This document shows positions 62,934 through 64,000 of a DNA stretch of 64,000 nucleotides, in pieces (position 1 is the first letter of the stretch; each line of letters begins with the position of its first letter). The notes under the pieces were generated by a model. It was not told the origin of the DNA and did no database searches. It worked only from the letters and a program-made list of their open reading frames with translations. The translations under genes and the position numbers were made by a program. The DNA comes from Candidatus Eiseniibacteriota bacterium (GTDB taxonomy: Bacteria; Eisenbacteria; RBG-16-71-46): assembly GCA_963717505.1 (NCBI GenBank), contig OY970342.1:416001-480000 (forward strand). The letters are read 5' to 3'.

Positions 62934-64000
62934 ATGACCACCTCCCGAACCGCGCTCCTCGCGTGCGCGCTTGCGTTGTTCCTCGCGGCGGCCGCCCGCG
63001 CGGACGACACGACCCGAGTCGTCCTGCTCCACACGACCGATCTGCACGGATCGCTCATGGCCTGGGACTACGCCCAGGACCGAGCCGCCGAGCGCGGGCT
63101 CGCCAAGCTCTCGTCGGTGATCAAGGCCATACGGGCCGAGCAGCACCCGACGATTCTGGTCGACGCCGGGGACGCGCTCGAAGGCGGCATCGAGACCCTC
63201 CGGCGTCCCGGATCCGATCTGGGGCCCGATCCGATGATCGTGGCCATGAGTGCAATCGGCTACGACGCGATGATCCCCGGCAACCACGAGTTCGATCAGG
63301 GCGTCCAGATGCTCGAGGAGAGTCGGAAGGAATCCGCCTTCCCCTGGATCTCGGCCAACGTGTCGAACGCCAAGGACGGCCGGCTCTCGTTCCTGCCGTC
63401 GAAGGTGATCGAGGCCGGCCCGGTTCGCATCGGCATCGTCGGCGTGACCACGCCGGCCACCCCGAGATTCCTGCCCGCCTCGGCCGTCGATCGATACCAC
63501 TTCGACGATCCGGTCGAGGCCGCGCTCGCCGAAGTCGAGCGCCTGCACAAGTCCGAGAATTGCGACGCCGTGGTGCTGGTCGCGCACATGGGCCTGGCTC
63601 GCGATCCAGCGACGGGTGGCCCGCGCGGCGGGGACGCCCCCGGCGAGAATCAGGGGGAAGCGCTCGCGGCGATTCCCTACGTCGACGTGCTGGTGCTCGG
63701 CCACACGCACGCGACCATCGACTCGATGTCGATCGGCGGGGTGCTGGTGGCGCAGGCCGGCGCGCGCGGCGAGCGACTCGGGCGCATCGATCTGACCTTC
63801 ATCCGCTCGGACACTTCGGGCAGCTTCCGGTTGCGGTCGAAGCAGTCGCGCACGATTCCGGTGACCGCGTGGAATGCCGAAGATCCGGTGATCACCTGGG
63901 AGGCTAGGGGACCACACGAGGGGACCCGAAAGGCACTGGCGCAAACCGCTGGGCGTACATCACGACCGCTGACCTCGCCGCGCGGCCGTTACGCTCCGGG
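62934..64000 (+). CDS. Secreted metallophosphoesterase / 5'-nucleotidase (CpdB-like), runs off window
   Basis: Manual translation: signal peptide, HTTDLHG, DAGD, GNHEFD, AHMG, GHTH. Confidence 0.92.
   Translation, partial: MTTSRTALLACALALFLAAAARADDTTRVVLLHTTDLHGSLMAWDYAQDRAAERGLAKLSSVIKAIRAEQHPTILVDAGDALEGGIETLRRPGSDLGPDPMIVAMSAIGYDAMIPGNHEFDQGVQMLEESRKESAFPWISANVSNAKDGRLSFLPSKVIEAGPVRIGIVGVTTPATPRFLPASAVDRYHFDDPVEAALAEVERLHKSENCDAVVLVAHMGLARDPATGGPRGGDAPGENQGEALAAIPYVDVLVLGHTHATIDSMSIGGVLVAQAGARGERLGRIDLTFIRSDTSGSFRLRSKQSRTIPVTAWNAEDPVITWEARGPHEGTRKALAQTAGRTSRPLTSPRGRYAP

Overview
High-GC bacterial chromosome segment. Gene content (Mla transporter, FlgD-Ig-tailed S8 protease, SWGxIK-tailed secreted protein, sigma54 systems) suggests a diderm of the FCB group, possibly Ca. 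Eisenbacteria; this is inference only. Most genes lie on the minus strand and are housekeeping: rplA-rplK-nusG-secE-rpmG-tuf with five tRNAs, cysS, ddl, gltX, ispDF, radA, mlaEFD, dnaB, udg, coaBC, rpoZ, gmk, yicC, selB, murA, prmC, prfA, rpmE, rho and lpdA. Accessory content includes a complete IS1202-family element with a 17-bp target duplication, an ECF sigma plus kinase/double-NTPase/TPR pair, and several secreted proteins. The most interesting signals are non-coding and sigma54-linked. (1) A secreted small-protein gene and a TPR-sensor enhancer-binding protein are followed by a palindromic enhancer, an IHF site, a -24/-12 promoter, a ~370-nt structured non-coding transcript and a terminator. 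The 5' end of that transcript is complementary to the leader of the secreted-protein mRNA. This is a candidate peptide-sensing circuit with sRNA output. (2) A second sigma54-driven ~120-nt sRNA with C-rich anti-SD loops follows a two-component bEBP operon. (3) A sigma54-driven four-gene cassette (membrane protein, CxxC oxidoreductase, two di-cysteine hydrophobic peptides) is inserted between prfA and prmC. Clustered indels in prfA, the DUF1385 gene, rpmE and lpdA look like sequencing or assembly errors. All motif calls were read by eye and are unvalidated by database search.
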